The notes beneath the pieces were generated by a model. That model had not been told where the DNA came from, searched no databases, and worked only from the letters and a program-made list of their open reading frames with translations. Below, piece after piece: positions 19,725-20,000 of a stretch of DNA of 20,000 bases; positions within the stretch are counted from its first letter, which is position 1, and every line of letters starts with the position of its first letter. The stretch is from Lama guanicoe (taxonomy: Eukaryota): assembly GCA_013239625.1 (NCBI GenBank), contig MU053561.1, positions 3,948,175-3,968,174 on the forward strand, given 5' to 3'. Position numbers and translations under genes: made by a program.

Positions 19725-20000
19725 AGGACTTGGAAGTGATTGTTGGTCCTATTTCACCCTCCCTCGCTACCCTCTCAGGAGGGAAGCAGAGTGCTCGTCT
19801 TTCCTGGAGGGAGCAGGTCACTCTCACCCTAGTGTGTTTCACGGGGCACTTGGGTCTAGAGGGCAGATAGGACTTGGAAGTGATTGTTGGTCCTATTTCA
19901 CCCTCCCTCGCTACCCTCTCAGGAGGGAAGCAGAGTGCTCGTCTTTCCTGGAGGGAGCAGGTCACTCTCACCCTAGTGTAGTGCACGGGGCACTTGGGTC
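19725..20000. repeat. 144-bp tandem repeat (at least 1.9 copies, truncated by the window end)
   Basis: Copy 1 is 19725-19868 and copy 2 starts at 19869. 129 of 132 aligned bases are identical; the only differences are gttt vs agtg. Confidence 0.97.

Noticed and set aside
1..20000. The ORFs in the six-frame track as genuine genes
   Set aside because: All are short, many use non-ATG starts, and none resembles a cellular protein I recognise. The only recognisable peptides are decayed L1, L2 and CR1 ORF2 pieces.
19725..20000. CRISPR-like array
   Set aside because: The units are contiguous 144-bp copies without unique spacers, and the context is mammalian.

Overview
This is non-coding eutherian mammalian genomic DNA (intronic or intergenic). 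It is probably laurasiatherian, judging from the L1 3' end and the lack of Alu, B1/B2, Bov or SINEC-type SINEs; that is inference. I can support no protein-coding gene, RNA gene or CRISPR array. Roughly half the window is a mosaic of decayed transposable elements: L1, L2, L3/CR1, MIR, MaLR MLT1 LTRs and internal sequence, and a MER63-like hAT element. Families were assigned from remembered consensus sequences, and boundaries are approximate unless a target-site duplication (TSD) fixes them. The clearest structures are: (1) a 5'-inverted (twin-primed) L1 with a perfect 17-bp TSD, inserted into a long ancient L3/CR1 copy; (2) an L1-in-L1 nest with two degenerate TSD pairs; (3) two LTR-in-element nests with 5-bp TSDs; and (4) a near-perfect 144-bp tandem repeat running off the right end. 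A repeat-free, GC-richer block at about 12.9-16.2 kb is the best candidate for unannotated regulatory or exonic function. I found no convincing evidence of a novel biological system.
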